A stretch of 64,000 nt of DNA, taken from contig CAVNZM010000010.1 of assembly GCA_963693365.1 (NCBI GenBank), positions 124,001-188,000 on the forward strand. The letters run 5' to 3'. Shown piece by piece: positions 1 to 14,125 of this stretch. Below the pieces are notes generated by a model. The model was given only the letters and a program-made list of their open reading frames with translations, had not been told where the DNA came from and did no database searches. Source of the DNA: Amoebidium appalachense (lineage: Eukaryota > Protista > Ichthyosporea). Position 1 is the first letter of the stretch; every line of letters starts with the position of its first letter. Made by a program: the position numbers and the translations under genes.

Positions 1-338
1 CATGCGAGAAAAACAACTGAGAATAGAAGCGGCGAGAACGCCATTGAGCAGGCTAAAAGCCACGAGAAGCGCTTATATAGCGCGCAAAGCGAGGAGGACC
101 AGAGGGTTGCTGAAGTTGGAAGAATCGTGTTACAGAAAATCCCAGTTCAGGTGCTAGTCTATGACTCGCGTTGCCCTGACATGTTTGCAGCCGGAGGATG
201 TGGAGAAAGTAACCCCTCCCTCCCACCAACACTCCCCCCCCCCTCCTCTCTCTCCCCCCTCCCCCTCCCTCCCTGCTGCCCCCCTTTCTCTCCCTAACGC
301 CCCTCTTTTCCTTCTTCTCTCTTCCCCCCCCTCTCCCC

Positions 339-369
<31 letters not shown>

Positions 370-1546
370 ACAGAAAGTAGGAAAAAACTAAAAATAAAAG
401 CAGTAATTTTGAAAAATAAGGAAAATATGGCTTAAGTTCACAACAACCAAACATCGGTGCACAGCTTAGCTTTGATACTGTTCACGGTGATGGCTCCTCT
501 CTACCCACCCCCCCCCCCCCCCCTCCCCCCCCTTTCCCTTTGACCACCCCGCTTCCCCATGCATTGAATACACGATCAAGCTGCATGAAAACACCACCGT
601 GTTGGGAATATTTTGTCCCTAGAACCTAACTAAAGGCCTACCAGCCCACGTTCAACTGCGCCAAATATCTGATCATTCATGTACAGCAGAAACCCCATCT
701 GACGGGGAACCACATAGTCTAAGCGCTCTGGTTCCACGTTCTTTTTATGCAGACATTTACGTTATCTACATGCAGGTAGAACTCAAGAGCAAAAATAATT
801 GTCCATGAGCTGTGTAGGAGTTGATCTGAGATGTGACCACTCGCCTTACCCCCCCCCTCCCCCCCCCCCCCCCCCCCCCCCCCACACACACCCTCTTCCC
901 TCTCCGCCCCAGGCATCTATCTTTCCCTCGGCCCCCTCCCCTCCCTTTCCTTCCCTCTCCTCTAGGATCATCTAGGCTACAGCGCCATGATTTTATTAGT
1001 ACTTGTGTGCACGCTACGGAGCGCTACGGCACACTGCGCGCACACACAGTGCCACACACACCCACACCCACCCACCGCAGGCCACAAACACACACACACA
1101 CACCCCGTGCACACACCGACACCCACACCCACACACCAACCCACACACATCCCACCTACAACCACCCACACACACACACTCATCCAACCCCACCCACCCA
1201 CCTACCCACACACACACACACAGACACACGCGCACACGCACACGCATACACACACGTCACAAACACACACACACACACAGACACACACACACACACAGTC
1301 GTACAGTAGTGCACACCAACCTAGATTCTTTGCAAGATCTAGATCACTCTGGCTAAAGATGGTCTCGCACTTTCCGCAAAACAACCTAACTTAAGCTCTG
1401 TAGCCAAAGGCCTCCCCTCTCCTTTCCTCCCCTCTCTAGATCTAAAGCACCGTGCTTCATGCGTGTACGGGTGTGCACGCCAGGAACACTGTGCGCACGC
1501 ACACACACCCACACCCACAAGGAACACACACACACACACATAAACA

Positions 1547-1609
<63 letters not shown>

Positions 1610-1682
1610 CACACACACACACACACACACAGACACACACACACACACACACACTTCGTACGACACACACAGGCACGAACAA

Positions 1683-1730
<48 letters not shown>

Positions 1731-1774
1731 GCGCGCGCGCGCACACACACACAAACACGCACATACACACACAA

Positions 1775-1822
<48 letters not shown>

Positions 1823-1983
1823 ACAAACGCAGACACAAACACACACATACGCAGATGGACACATACACCCACACACACTCGCACAGATTAGTGTACCACG
1901 ACCTAGATCTTCTGCAAGATCACTCCGCTGAAAGCATCTCCCACTTTCTGCAAAATTTCCTCACGACCACTTTGGCTCTGTAG
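1..1983 (+). CDS. Probable 3' portion of an unknown spliced gene; exon chain only partly resolved
   Basis: Frame 1 is open from the window edge (HARKTTENRSGENAIEQAKSHEKRLYSAQSEEDQRVAEVGRIVLQKIPVQ) to CAG|GT at 150/151. A plausible 40-nt GT..AG intron (151-190) is followed by an 18-nt exon PEDVEK|GTAACC (191-208). Further exon-like islands lie at about 983-1030 and about 1887-1983 (LVYHDLDLLQDHSAESISHFLQNFLTTTLAL*). I recognised no homology and could not fully reconcile the phases. Confidence 0.3.
930..1983 (+). repeat. Degenerate tandem duplication (unit 1 about 930-1403, unit 2 about 1410-1983)
   Basis: 1308-1403 (agtgcacaccaacctagattctttgcaagatc...gctctgtag) resembles 1890-1983 (agtgtaccacgacctagatcttctgcaagatc...gctctgtag). 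930-1045 resembles 1410-1505. Each unit has a central (CA)n block. Confidence 0.6.
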
Positions 1984-2813
1984 GTGAGGGCCATAGCTTG
2001 TTCTCGGCTGTTGCTGCCTTCGTGCAATGATCTGATAACATCCGCCCATGTTTGACCACCACCCAACAGGAACTTCGCACAGTTAGATGGGGCCTATAGA
2101 TCGATCGTCCACGGCCCCCAGTTTGGGAGCAGAAATCCTCTATGCAGAACGTATACGCTATTCTGTTTCTTGTTTACCCTATGTTGGTTACTAGCAATTA
2201 GTAACAGCGAGAAGAAAACTTGGCACTTGGTCGTACAAGTGGTCATACATACTCAGCCCCGCGGCGGCCCAGTCTGCCCAGATCGCAATTAGTGACGTCA
2301 TTTAGACCGGACCCGTACGTGCGTGTGTGTTTGGCTCAACGTTTTGTGTTTATGTTTGGCAGCAAGGGGCTTCTGTGCGTCCCCCTTACCAAACGATTGT
2401 GAGTGCGTGTGATCGATGATGGCCCAGGCTTTCCTATTGCCCGCGTGTGTGTGAAAAAGAGTGGTTTTACCCACGAAGAAACCGAGGGGCCATTGACGCG
2501 CGTGTACACGGTAGCCACGCGCAACTTGGTACACACACGCGCGCACGCACAGTCAGGGGGTGTATTTTATTTCACGTTGCTGCCATGATAGTCAGTTACA
2601 ACTATGTTCTGTTTGCATCACAACTGCGTGGGTCTCCCATTTAAAACCTCCTCCTCCCCCCCCCCCCCCTCTCTCTCCCCTTCCTTCCCCCCCCCTCTCT
2701 CTCCCCCTCCCTCCGCTCCCCCCTCCCTTCCCCTCCCTTCCCTCCCCCCTCCCCCCCCCCCCCTTCCCTCCTCCCCCCCCACTTCACTAACTTTCCCTCA
2801 CCTACAGGCTAAG

Positions 2814-3517
2814 ATGTTTTCTCGACTTTGCCTTCGCCCGGCCACTGCCGTGGCAGGGTATGTTCAATCCCCCCCCCCCCCCCCCCCTCCCCCCTCTCCC
2901 CCTCCCCTTTCTCTCTCCCTCTTCCTCCCGCCTGCCCCTCTCCCCCCCCCCCCCCCCCCCCCCTCCGCACCTCCCTCCCCCTATCCCCTCCTGTCCCCGG
3001 GAGATGATTCGGGCCAGAGACCACATCCTTTTTTTCCCCTCGGAGCTCACGTTCGGTGTCTTGTTTCGTCTTTCGCTCTTCTGTTTTTTCTTGACGTTTT
3101 TCCTGATTTAATTGCATGAGGTATAATGCTTTGGAATGCTCCATCTCTCCACCCTCCCTCTTTCTCTCCCCCCCCCTAACCCCTCGCCCCCAACCCCATC
3201 CCTCTCTTTCTCAACTTGGCACCAAACCCCCCCGTCCCCCCCCGCCCTCCTTTCCCTTTCCTCCTCCTTCCCTCCTTCCCCCTTTTCCTCCCTTTGTTCC
3301 CCCCCCCCCCCCCCTCCCCCTCTCTCCCCCTCCCAAAGAAAACGGGGGGAGAAAAAACCACACATACACATACGACACACATGCTTGCACATGCACTTCC
3401 GGACACATAACTGCACCAGCACTGGCATTCATGCACACATACACCTGCACACACACAAACACGAAAACACATAAATTCACAAGTACATTCTAACACGGGT
3501 GTACACGCACACGCACA

Positions 3518-3610
<93 letters not shown>

Positions 3611-3636
3611 AAACACACACATACGCACACACACAT

Positions 3637-3705
<69 letters not shown>

Positions 3706-4671
3706 GCACACACACACATGGCTGTCCGATGGACATCACAAGCCACCCGCCCAGCTGACCCGGAACCTCATTTTCTCAGAGTTAGCTCCCTCCCTCCCTC
3801 CCCCTCCCCTCCTCTCCCCCTCTCCCCCCCCCCCTCCCCCCTTCAACTCCACCACCACCACCCATCCACCCCACCCTCTGCTCTTCCCAGTGTTGTCCCG
3901 TTTGAATGTGTAGGTCTGTAATCCCACTCTCCCCCTCTTTCCTCTTCTCCCCGGGGTCCCTCCTTTTCTGCTCCGTAGCTGGAGGCCTTGTTGTGGTTGC
4001 AGAGAGTGAAAGTACTGCCTAGTGATGGTGGTGTGTGTTTGTGTGTGTGTGTGTTGGGGGGGGGGGGGGGGGGGGGGGAGGGGGGGGAGCAGGGGAGAGG
4101 GAGAGAAGGGGGTGATAAAGGAAGGAGGGAGTGAAGAGATAGCAGAGGGAAGTGGTGGGTAGTTGTTGCAGGAGAGGCCGAGGGGGGGGGGGGGGGGGGG
4201 GGGGGGGGTTTCTGTGTCGGTTGATGGCTTTGAGGTAGTGAGCAAGGGAAGGGAGGAGGGTGGGGAAGGGAGTGGGGAAGGGGGGATTACCATTTTACTC
4301 TTCTGTAGAACCATGTAAGAAAAGGGGAAGAATGGGCGGGAGCCGGAGGGGGGAGGGGGGGGGCGGGGGGGGGGGAGGGGGGAAGGGTTCGAAGCATGTG
4401 CATATTGCAGTTTGTTGAAGCGAAGGGACCATACACAGATTCTTCAAACAAAACACATGTCTGTGTTTATTGTCACGTGCTACTGCTAACACGTGGCATA
4501 TGGAACCTACCAGAAAGCCCTTGCGGCTGTGGTTGGGGGTGGGCTCATAGGCACGGCACTTGCGTTGACGTGGGAGCCTGCGGAGTATGTGTTCTATACG
4601 CATATGGCCATGCCTTTGATGAGAAAGATGGATGCAGAGGTATGTGTGGGTGTGTGGGTGGGTGTGGGTGT

Positions 4672-4731
<60 letters not shown>

Positions 4732-5045
4732 TGTGGGATGGGTGGGTAGGTGGGAAGGGGGGGGGGTGATGGGTGGGGGTTCCGGGGGGGGGGGGGGGGG
4801 GGGGGGGGTTGGTTGAGTGGATGGGTGGGTGAGTGTGGGGTTTGTGGGACCAAGGAGGGGATGGGGGAGGGGGGGACATACAGTTGGGTATGTATATAGG
4901 AGTGGGCTGTGGGGGCCGGGGTGGAGTGGGGGGGGGGGGGGGGGGGGGCAAGTGTATGCAGTTTGGGTGAATTGCAGGGGATCGGGGCCAGGCGTGGGTG
5001 TGTGTATGTGTGTATGTGGGTGGGTGGGTGGGTGGGGGGATGTGT

Positions 5046-5093
<48 letters not shown>

Positions 5094-5094
5094 T

Positions 5095-5125
<31 letters not shown>

Positions 5126-5169
5126 GGGGGGCATGTGGGTGTGTGAAAAAGGAGTCGGTTTGTGGCAGC

Positions 5170-5204
<35 letters not shown>

Positions 5205-5977
5205 CTTAGTGGTTAGGTGGGTGGGCACATGCGTATAAGTACATAGGAGTGCAGGCATATTTGGGGGTGTTTGGGCATGCCTGTACACCCCCCCTCCCCC
5301 CCCCCCGGAAAATGGGTCATACTTCTAATGGGTACTCTCCTTGCGTGCTTTCTCTCACGCGGAATGTGCTTTGTGTTTGCCACCGTGAATGTGTCCCCTC
5401 TCACACTCCCTTGAAGGCATTCTAGCCATGAGCCCTATTCAAGAACCATCTGCCTGCACGTTTCTTGTTTTTTTCTTTTCTTTGTCTTTCCTTTTTTCCT
5501 TTTCTTTTTTTTCTTGTTTGTTCTTGGTTATGATGTTTTCGTGGCGTTTTGTATTTTGTCATTTGATGTCTTCTCCTCTATAAGACAAACTCTCAAATCC
5601 CCCCCCCCCCCTTGCTTCTGCTTACTGCTGCAACTTTAACCCCCGGCCTTTCCCACTGCCCTTGCCTGCATAAGCAACCCTGCTCGTCTCTGATCAAGAC
5701 GGGTGACCTGCTCATGTTCAAGTGAAACAATATCTGAGTTGGGTTTCGTTAACGAGGGGAATAGGTCGAAACTCGGGTACTGTGGATGACGTGGGCCCCC
5801 CCTGAGGATGGGCTCTGCTTATTATGCATACTCTTTATGTATGGCTTGCATTCTGCATCGTGTTATCCGTTTGTTCTTGTGTACTTCGTACTTTTTGACG
5901 CATTCAAACCCCCCCCCCCCCCCCCCCCCCCACCCTCCCCCAATATGCACTTCGTATACAGTAAGGTTTTCTAACAC

Positions 5978-6019
<42 letters not shown>

Positions 6020-6153
6020 GATGTCACATGTTCTAGCCATTAAGTTTGCCCATTTTGGGTTGGCGCCTAAGGACAGGCAGCCCGATGACCCCGTACTGGC
6101 TACCACCGTGTGGGGTAGGTTTTAGCCTCGTATATGTGTGTGATAAACAGTGT

Positions 6154-6184
<31 letters not shown>

Positions 6185-6208
6185 GGGGGGGGGTGTGTGT
6201 GTGTTTGT

Positions 6209-6242
<34 letters not shown>

Positions 6243-6958
6243 TGTGTGTGTGTGTGTGGCCTGCCGGTGTGTGTGTCTGTATACATGTCTGCATGCATGT
6301 GTGTGTGTGTGGAATTGCAACCATGTGAAATCTAAGCGACAGGAGATCGTGCAATATCTGGCGGTATGTGTTCTTAGTAGTTATGTATGTGTCGTTAAGC
6401 AAATGGCATGTGTTAAAAGTTAAATCATGGTTATTAAATCATGTGTCATGACACGTCGGGATGTATAACATAATTGGTGGTAGCTGTTAATGAAGTTGGG
6501 GTTTGATTTGGCTGTGCCGGTGGGATTGTGCAATTGTCAATGGGGAAGTGGTTTCTTATTGGAGTAGAGTGGCATGTTCTGGTGTTGAGGAGCGGAACGC
6601 TCTGTTCTACATAGCAGTCATGGCCTTGCTGTTGATAGCCGTGATCGATGCTCATGGTTAGATGGATCGTGGTGTTCTATGACTATAGTTTTGTGGAACA
6701 CAGCGACCCACGCTTATAGATCGAGTATTTGTCTTTCACGTTGCTGTGTTTTATCATATCTGGCCATGCTGACCTAACTTTCCATAAAAGGCAAGAAGTT
6801 CGTGAATCCGATTGGTGTTGCTGCCGGCTACGACAAGCATGCCCAATGCATCGACGCCTCCTTTGCAATGGGCATGGTGGGATCTTCACTCCCCCCCCCC
6901 CCCCCCCCCTCTTTTTTTACACACGCACACACATGTACATGCACAGACACTCACATAG

Positions 6959-6996
<38 letters not shown>

Positions 6997-7016
6997 TTCC
7001 CCCCTCCCTCCCCCCC

Positions 7017-7047
<31 letters not shown>

Positions 7048-7133
7048 AAAAAAAGAAAAGAAACATACACAAACACACGCAAGCACGCACATGCGCACAC
7101 GCACATGCACGCACGGACACACACACACACACA

Positions 7134-7217
<84 letters not shown>

Positions 7218-7734
7218 CCCGCTCTGCCATCTCTTAAAAAGTAGTCGCTTCCATAACGTCTGTTATAGTACACCACTGTATTGCTCCCTTTTTTTTTTTT
7301 TTTTTTTTTTTTTTTAGATGTGTGTGGACCGCGAAAGTTTTGCAACCTTCCCAAAAAACCATCATGTCTCTATGATCCACTCATTCCCACCGAAATGGCT
7401 CCTAATCTTATGCAACAACACACACGACGCTAAATATTTGCTAGAACAGAGTGTCTTTTGCACACTTGCACTCTATTAGCTGTGTGTTTGTGCTTTACAC
7501 TCGGCAGGCCATGCTAACCCCTCATCCCCCCCCCCCCCCCCCCCCGCGCGGTGTCCATGTGCACCCTCCACCACGGCAACTGCAGGGGTTTACTGAAATT
7601 GGCAGCGTTACACCAGAGGTGCTCATACCCCCCCCCACCCCCCCACCCCCCACCCGCTAAAAAAAAAAAAAAAAAAAGAAAAGAAAAGGGGGGGAAAAAA
7701 TATAAGAAAGATAGAAAAAGACAGGGGAAAAAAA

Positions 7735-7768
<34 letters not shown>

Positions 7769-8099
7769 GAAAAGAAAGGAAGAAGGCACAGAAGGAAGAA
7801 AGAAAAACAGAAAAAAATGAAAGGGATAAAAAAGTGAAAAAAGGGGGGGAAAGAAGGAAGAAAGTCCCGGGGGGAAAGGGGGGAAGGGGGGGGGGGGGGG
7901 GGGGGGGGGGGGGTAAAGAGAGGAAGAAGGGAAGCAAAAAATATATGGAAGGGAGGGAAGAAGAAAGAAATGTATATCAACGAGCGATACTATCAGACTA
8001 TCAGAGACATCCACACGTGGACAGTAGGCTCCATGATCGGGAGACACGCACATGGATGCAAAGCAAAAGAAAAAAAAAAAGGGGGGGGGTCATGTGTGT

Positions 8100-8130
<31 letters not shown>

Positions 8131-8678
8131 GGGGGGGGGGGTGCCTGGGAGATGGATGAAGGGCAAAGGAAACACGAACAAAGACGTGAATCTAAAGCAA
8201 CTGTGCACGCAGTTGGGGCCCGAACAGAGAGCATGGAAAGGGGCATTTGGGGGGGAGGGGGGGGGGGGGGGGGGGGGAGTTGTATGGAGTACTGGAGCGC
8301 AGAAAGATACAAAAGATGACTGACGAAGAAACCATCAGCAGGCAGGGTCAAAAATACCAAAGGAAGGGTGCATGGATAGAGGAGGGTAACTCGTCAGTTA
8401 TGCGTTCCTGTTCTCTCGGTCCCTTTTCACTTTTTGGCTCATGAATTGTCTGTTGACATCTTCCTCTCTCCCCGCACCCACGGATACACACGCACGCCCT
8501 TGCACACACACACACACATGCACACACACACACACACATGCACACACACACACACATGCACACACACACACACACATGCACACACACACACACATGCGCA
8601 CACACACACACATGCACACACACACACATGCACACACACACGCACATGAGCAACCACGTGAGTGCGCACACACGCACG

Positions 8679-8737
<59 letters not shown>

Positions 8738-9544
8738 TCAGCCCCAGCCAGGCAACCCCAAACCACGCATGTTCCGCCTTACAGAAGACAAAGCCGTCAT
8801 CAATCGGTTTGGCTTCAATAGGCAAGCATCTCCCCCCCCCCCCCCCCCTCCCCCCTCCCCTCTTGCCTCGATGACAGATGTGTGTGGATGGATATACTTC
8901 ATAGAACAACAACGAATAACAACTATAAATGAATCGAAGGGTGCTCCTGGGTGGGTAAATTGAGTGGGGGTGAGGATGGAGCCGAGGGGGGGAGGGGGGG
9001 GAGGGGGAGGGGGAGGGTAAAGAGGCATGCATGATCTGATTGGTTGTGAGGTGAGGGTGTGTTCCATTGATGTGGGGGTGTTCGATAAGCAAGGGGTGTG
9101 TTCAAATTATTAAGAATTACTTTAAGAGCAACCACCGCTCCTCCCATTTTTTACCCGATCGAGGTTAATCCGATCGAGGATTCAAGATTACCCTGGCACG
9201 GCCTGTGAAATTATCCATTCTATCAAGCCATCAAGGGTGTGACCACATTCTGTGCACAGCGCTTGCTTTAGTGCTGTGTGTTTGAAAGTTTCGGTTTACG
9301 TGGGGTGTGTTCGATTGACATGGGGCTGTTCGGTCAGTGTTGGTGTGGGGGTTGTGCGCTACAGACTGAGGCGACGCCTGAAGAATGGCGCAGACGATGC
9401 TGTAGGAACACCCCCTCCCCCCCCCCCCCCCCAACACACACACACAGAGAGAGAGATAGGCAATCTGCTCACGCGCATTGCCACCACCAACACGACCTTA
9501 AAAAGCGAAACATGCGCACTCACGTATGCACGCACGCTGGCGCG

Positions 9545-9599
<55 letters not shown>

Positions 9600-10397
9600 G
9601 CACGAAGAGACAGGGGGGGGGGGGGGGGGGGGGGGGGGGGATGGGAGAGGGAGGAAGGAGGGGGATAAGAAATAGAAGAGAATGCTATGCCAAGGATGCC
9701 CCTCTTAGCCCGTTTTTTCTTTGGACGTTCCATTTCTTCTCTGTCCTCGTTAGCTTTCACATCACAAGTGTTGCCGTATCATCAGAGCATTTTGCACCCC
9801 CCCCCCCCCCCCCCCCCCCCCTCCCCCTTTCCCCCCGGCACCTCTCATAGTAGTTTTTTGATGTTTGCTTCCATGGCTGTCACCCTCGAATTCATATCCC
9901 TCCCCCCCCCCCCCCCCCCCCCCCCTGATATGGACCTAATTTGGACCCCCATCTGACCCAACACCTAAATCTGGATCTGATATGGACCTATTGTGGACTC
10001 AATTCGGACCTAATATGGACCCAATTTGGACGCAGGCCCGTGAGCAGCGGCGTATTCTTGGAGTCAACGTGGGAAAGAACAAAACAAGCACGGCACTGGC
10101 TGATGACTTTGTGACAGGCATAAAGGTGTGTGTGGGTGTGGGTGTTGTTTGCTGCATGTGGGAGTGGATTTGGAGAGACGGTGGGTGGGATGAAGGGTGG
10201 GTGGGTGAGTTTTGTTTTGGGGGGGGGGAGGGGGGGGGGGGGGAGGAATGGTGGTGGGGGAGGAGGAGGAATGGTGGTGGGGGGAGGAGGAGTGGGTCGA
10301 AGCATGTGGGTGGGTGGGTGTTGATGTAATTGCAAGTTTCAGGCTGTGTGTGAGGGGTTTTTATGTGTTGGGCATGTGTTTGTGTGTGTGTGGGTAC

Positions 10398-10447
<50 letters not shown>

Positions 10448-11180
10448 ATAAGTGGATGGGTGCTTGCACTTGAAGGAGAGTGAGTGACTTTCGGAAGAAT
10501 GACCAACACACATTCTTCGCTACCCCCCTCGCTCCCATCTGCCCTCCCTCTCCCCTCCCCCATCCCTTCTCCCCACTCCCTCACTCCCCCCTCCCCCTCC
10601 CGTCCCCCCTCCTCCTCCCTCTTTCCTCCCCTCTTTCCCCCCCCCCCCCCCCCCCCTCCCCGCCCCCCCCCCTCTCCCCTCCCCCCCCCCCCCCCCCGCC
10701 GCCGCCCTCGCCCCTCCAACACACACACATACACACACACACACCAGGCGCTAGGGCCCTATGCGGACTTCATAGTGGTCAATGTTTCTTCACCAAACAC
10801 CCCGGGACTGAGAGCACTGCAGAGCAAGGAGGTAAGCAACCCCTCTGGTGATGTCATGACTATTAGAAACGGTTGTGTCAAGAAGGGAGGGAGGAGAGCG
10901 TCGTGTGTGTGTGTATGTGTGTGTGTGTGTGTGGTGGTGTGTATGTGTTTGTGTGTGTGTGTGGGGGTGTGTGTGTGGGGGGGGGGGGGGGAGGGGGGGG
11001 GGGGGGTTAGGGTATTTCAGTTCTACTCCTGTGTTCGTGCCAGTGTGTCTATGTTCACTACAAGGAGATGGGGCATTTGGAAGGGACGGGCGCTTGATTC
11101 TCTTTTCCGCTGTTGGCTTTTGACCTTGAAGCAGGGAAAAGAAGCAACGGTTGGTGGTGGTGGTGGTGGTTGTTTGGCGG

Positions 11181-11235
<55 letters not shown>

Positions 11236-11623
11236 GGGCGCCGGGGGGGGGGGGGGGGATTACAACCTGTAGGGCATGGTGCGGGGATGTGGTTTGTAAG
11301 AAATAATGAGTGATGGTGCGGAATATAACTGCACATGATAATGGGCTAATCAGATTGCACCATTGTTAAACTGGGCGCTTATTTTTTTCTTTTTTTGCAG
11401 CAATTGGACCAACTGGTGCAGGAGACACTGGCGGCTAGAGACGGCCTGCAGATGGAGGTGGGTTAAACCTGTATGGGTATTAAAGGGTTAAATGTCTGGG
11501 GTTTTTTATCTCACATTGTGCAATTTAAATTTCATATGTGAAAGGCGTGCAAAGACCCCCCCAACTCCCCATCGGGTACTGTGGATGACGTGCCCCCCCC
11601 CCCCCCCCCCCCTCTGCCCCCCA

Positions 11624-11658
<35 letters not shown>

Positions 11659-12291
11659 CCGCCCCGCCGCTGCCGCCAAGGATGGGTCTGTTTATTATGC
11701 ATACTCTTTATGTGTGGTTTGCGCTCTGCAACGCGTTGTCCGTTGTTTATGTGTACTTCTTACTTTTTGATGTGTTCAAATCCCCCTCCCCATGTACATT
11801 TATGATAAAATAAGCATAGTGTGCAAGCACGAGGTGGTGTGTTATGGGCATGAATGATGTCAATTTAAAATCATGATAAAAATTAAGAACTTCACATCTC
11901 ATTTTCACGATCGATTGTGTTTGGAGCATATGGTGCGAAATGGTCATATTATACCTGTGGGATATCAGTGAGGGTTTTCTGTTGCTGACTTAAACCCCCC
12001 CCAGGGTGGGCGCACACTACCCCCCCTGCTCGTGAAAATTGCCCCTGATCTGACCGAGGAAGACAAGAAGGACATTGCTGGTCGGTGCCTGGAAACAACA
12101 TCCCCCCCTCCCTCCCTCCCTCCCCCCCTCCCCCACACACACACACACACATGCACACATGCACACACACACCACCCCATCTGCACATGAGGATGGGCTC
12201 AACTGCAAGTGTGTGTGCCCTACTTTGATGCTTTGCAAATTCATGCATTGGATCGTCTGTCGTGCATGTGCACGTCGTACTATGCGATGCA

Positions 12292-12324
<33 letters not shown>

Positions 12325-13564
12325 ATCCCCCCCTTTCCACATGTTTCCACATGGGTGAGACGATAAAAAGGAACAAAAGAAAAGGCACACTTGTGAGCAC
12401 ACCTCTGATGTGCTATACACAGAGATGTGTTTTAGTGATTGTGGTGTCTTTCTTTCCATCTCAAGTTGGTTGCCACACGCACACAAATCACCCGCACAGC
12501 AATTTTTGTAGATCAAATACCCCAGTACTATGAAAATTTTAATCACGCAGGTGTATTGTTCTAATAGTAGATCTTATAGCACACTTTAACAATAATGATC
12601 TTGTTATGAGCACGATATATCAAACCACAGCTGTTTAGCTCTTATGTCTCACCGATATATTATTGCTACATTCATACACAGTCATTGCTCTAAATCCAAT
12701 ATTATGCATCGCCAACACTATTTTTTTTTCTTTTTTCTTTTGACCGTTATAGAACTAACATAAACCCTCACTAATATGAAAGTTCGTATAAGCAACATGT
12801 CAAAGTACATCATGTTTTTCCATTTCAGGCCACCCCACTCACACGTTTTGCACCCACACACTCAGCCGTTGTTCTTGAGCGTGGGGTTGACGGTCTGATC
12901 GTATCCAACACCACCATCACCCGCCCACCCACCCTCAAGTCTGTGCATGCAAACGAGACGGGGGGTCTTTCAGGCAAACCTTTGTTTGAGATGAGCACAC
13001 AGATGTTGAGGGACATGTACAGACTCACGGAGGGCAAGGTGGGCACATAAACGACCTCCTTCCCCCCCCCCCCCCCCCCCCCCCCCCCTGGGCCCTCCCT
13101 GAGGATGGGCTCTGCTTATGACTCATACTGTGCGCATGGCTGATGTTGCATACTTGAATGTTTGCCTTTGCATGTGTCCTTCGTGTATGCGTACTTCGTA
13201 CCGTGTTCCGCATTCAAACCCCCCCCCCCCCCCCCCCCCCCCCCCTCTTCCCCATCTCCCTACTTACTGCTTATTGTGGATACTCTCTATGTGTAGTTTG
13301 CACTCTGCCTTGTGTTGTCGGTTGCGAGTGTGTCCTTCGTACTTTAAGACCCATTTAACCCTTCCCCCCTCCCCCCCCCCCTCCCCCCCCCCTTCCCCCT
13401 CCCTCCCCGCCGCCTCCCCTGTCTGCCCGCCTGCCCTTCCCAGACACCATTCATATTCCACCCCCATCCTCTCCAACCCCCTCTCCCTGGTGCCACACCC
13501 ACTGCCCCCTTTTCCTACCCGTATTCCCTAGATCATCCTTCGGTTTATTTTTCAGCATTTCACT

Positions 13565-13601
<37 letters not shown>

Positions 13602-13763
13602 CCCCCGCCCGCCCGCCCGAAGTTCGGGTACTGTGGATGACGTGGGCTCCCCCTGAGGATGGGCTCTGCTTATTATGCATACTCTTTATGTATGGCTTGC
13701 ATTCTGCATCGTGTTATCCGTTGTTCTCGTGTACTTCGTACTTTATGACGCATTCAAATCCTC

Positions 13764-13806
<43 letters not shown>

Positions 13807-14094
13807 TCTTACCCACCCACCCACCCACCACCATCACCACCACGCACCCCTCTTTCTCCTCTTTCCTTTGTGCGTATTGGGATGATTTCCATGTTCCCGC
13901 CTTCATTTAAAGAAAGAACTACCTCCAACCCTTTCCTCTTCCCCCCTCTTTTCCTTTATCTGAGGTTCAATTGGTGCACGTGGCCGGCTAAACTAACACG
14001 TGACCTCAGGTGCCCCTGATTGGCTGTGGTGGTGTTTCCTCTGGTGAGGATGCATATGCAAAGATTAAAGCTGGTGCTTCATTGGTTGAGGCAA

Positions 14095-14125
<31 letters not shown>

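Noticed and set aside
5680-5815. 5S rRNA-derived SINE (CTCGTCT.TGATC and GTACT.TGGATG resemble 5S)
   Set aside because: The matches are short, the spacing is wrong, subfamily B lacks the box-C-like string, and the segment is at the 3' end rather than the 5' head of the element.
5785-5825. SECIS element or hammerhead ribozyme in the repeat tail
   Set aside because: ATGA is present but there is no opposing GA quartet or AA loop, and no CTGANGA...GAAA core with proper stems on either strand.
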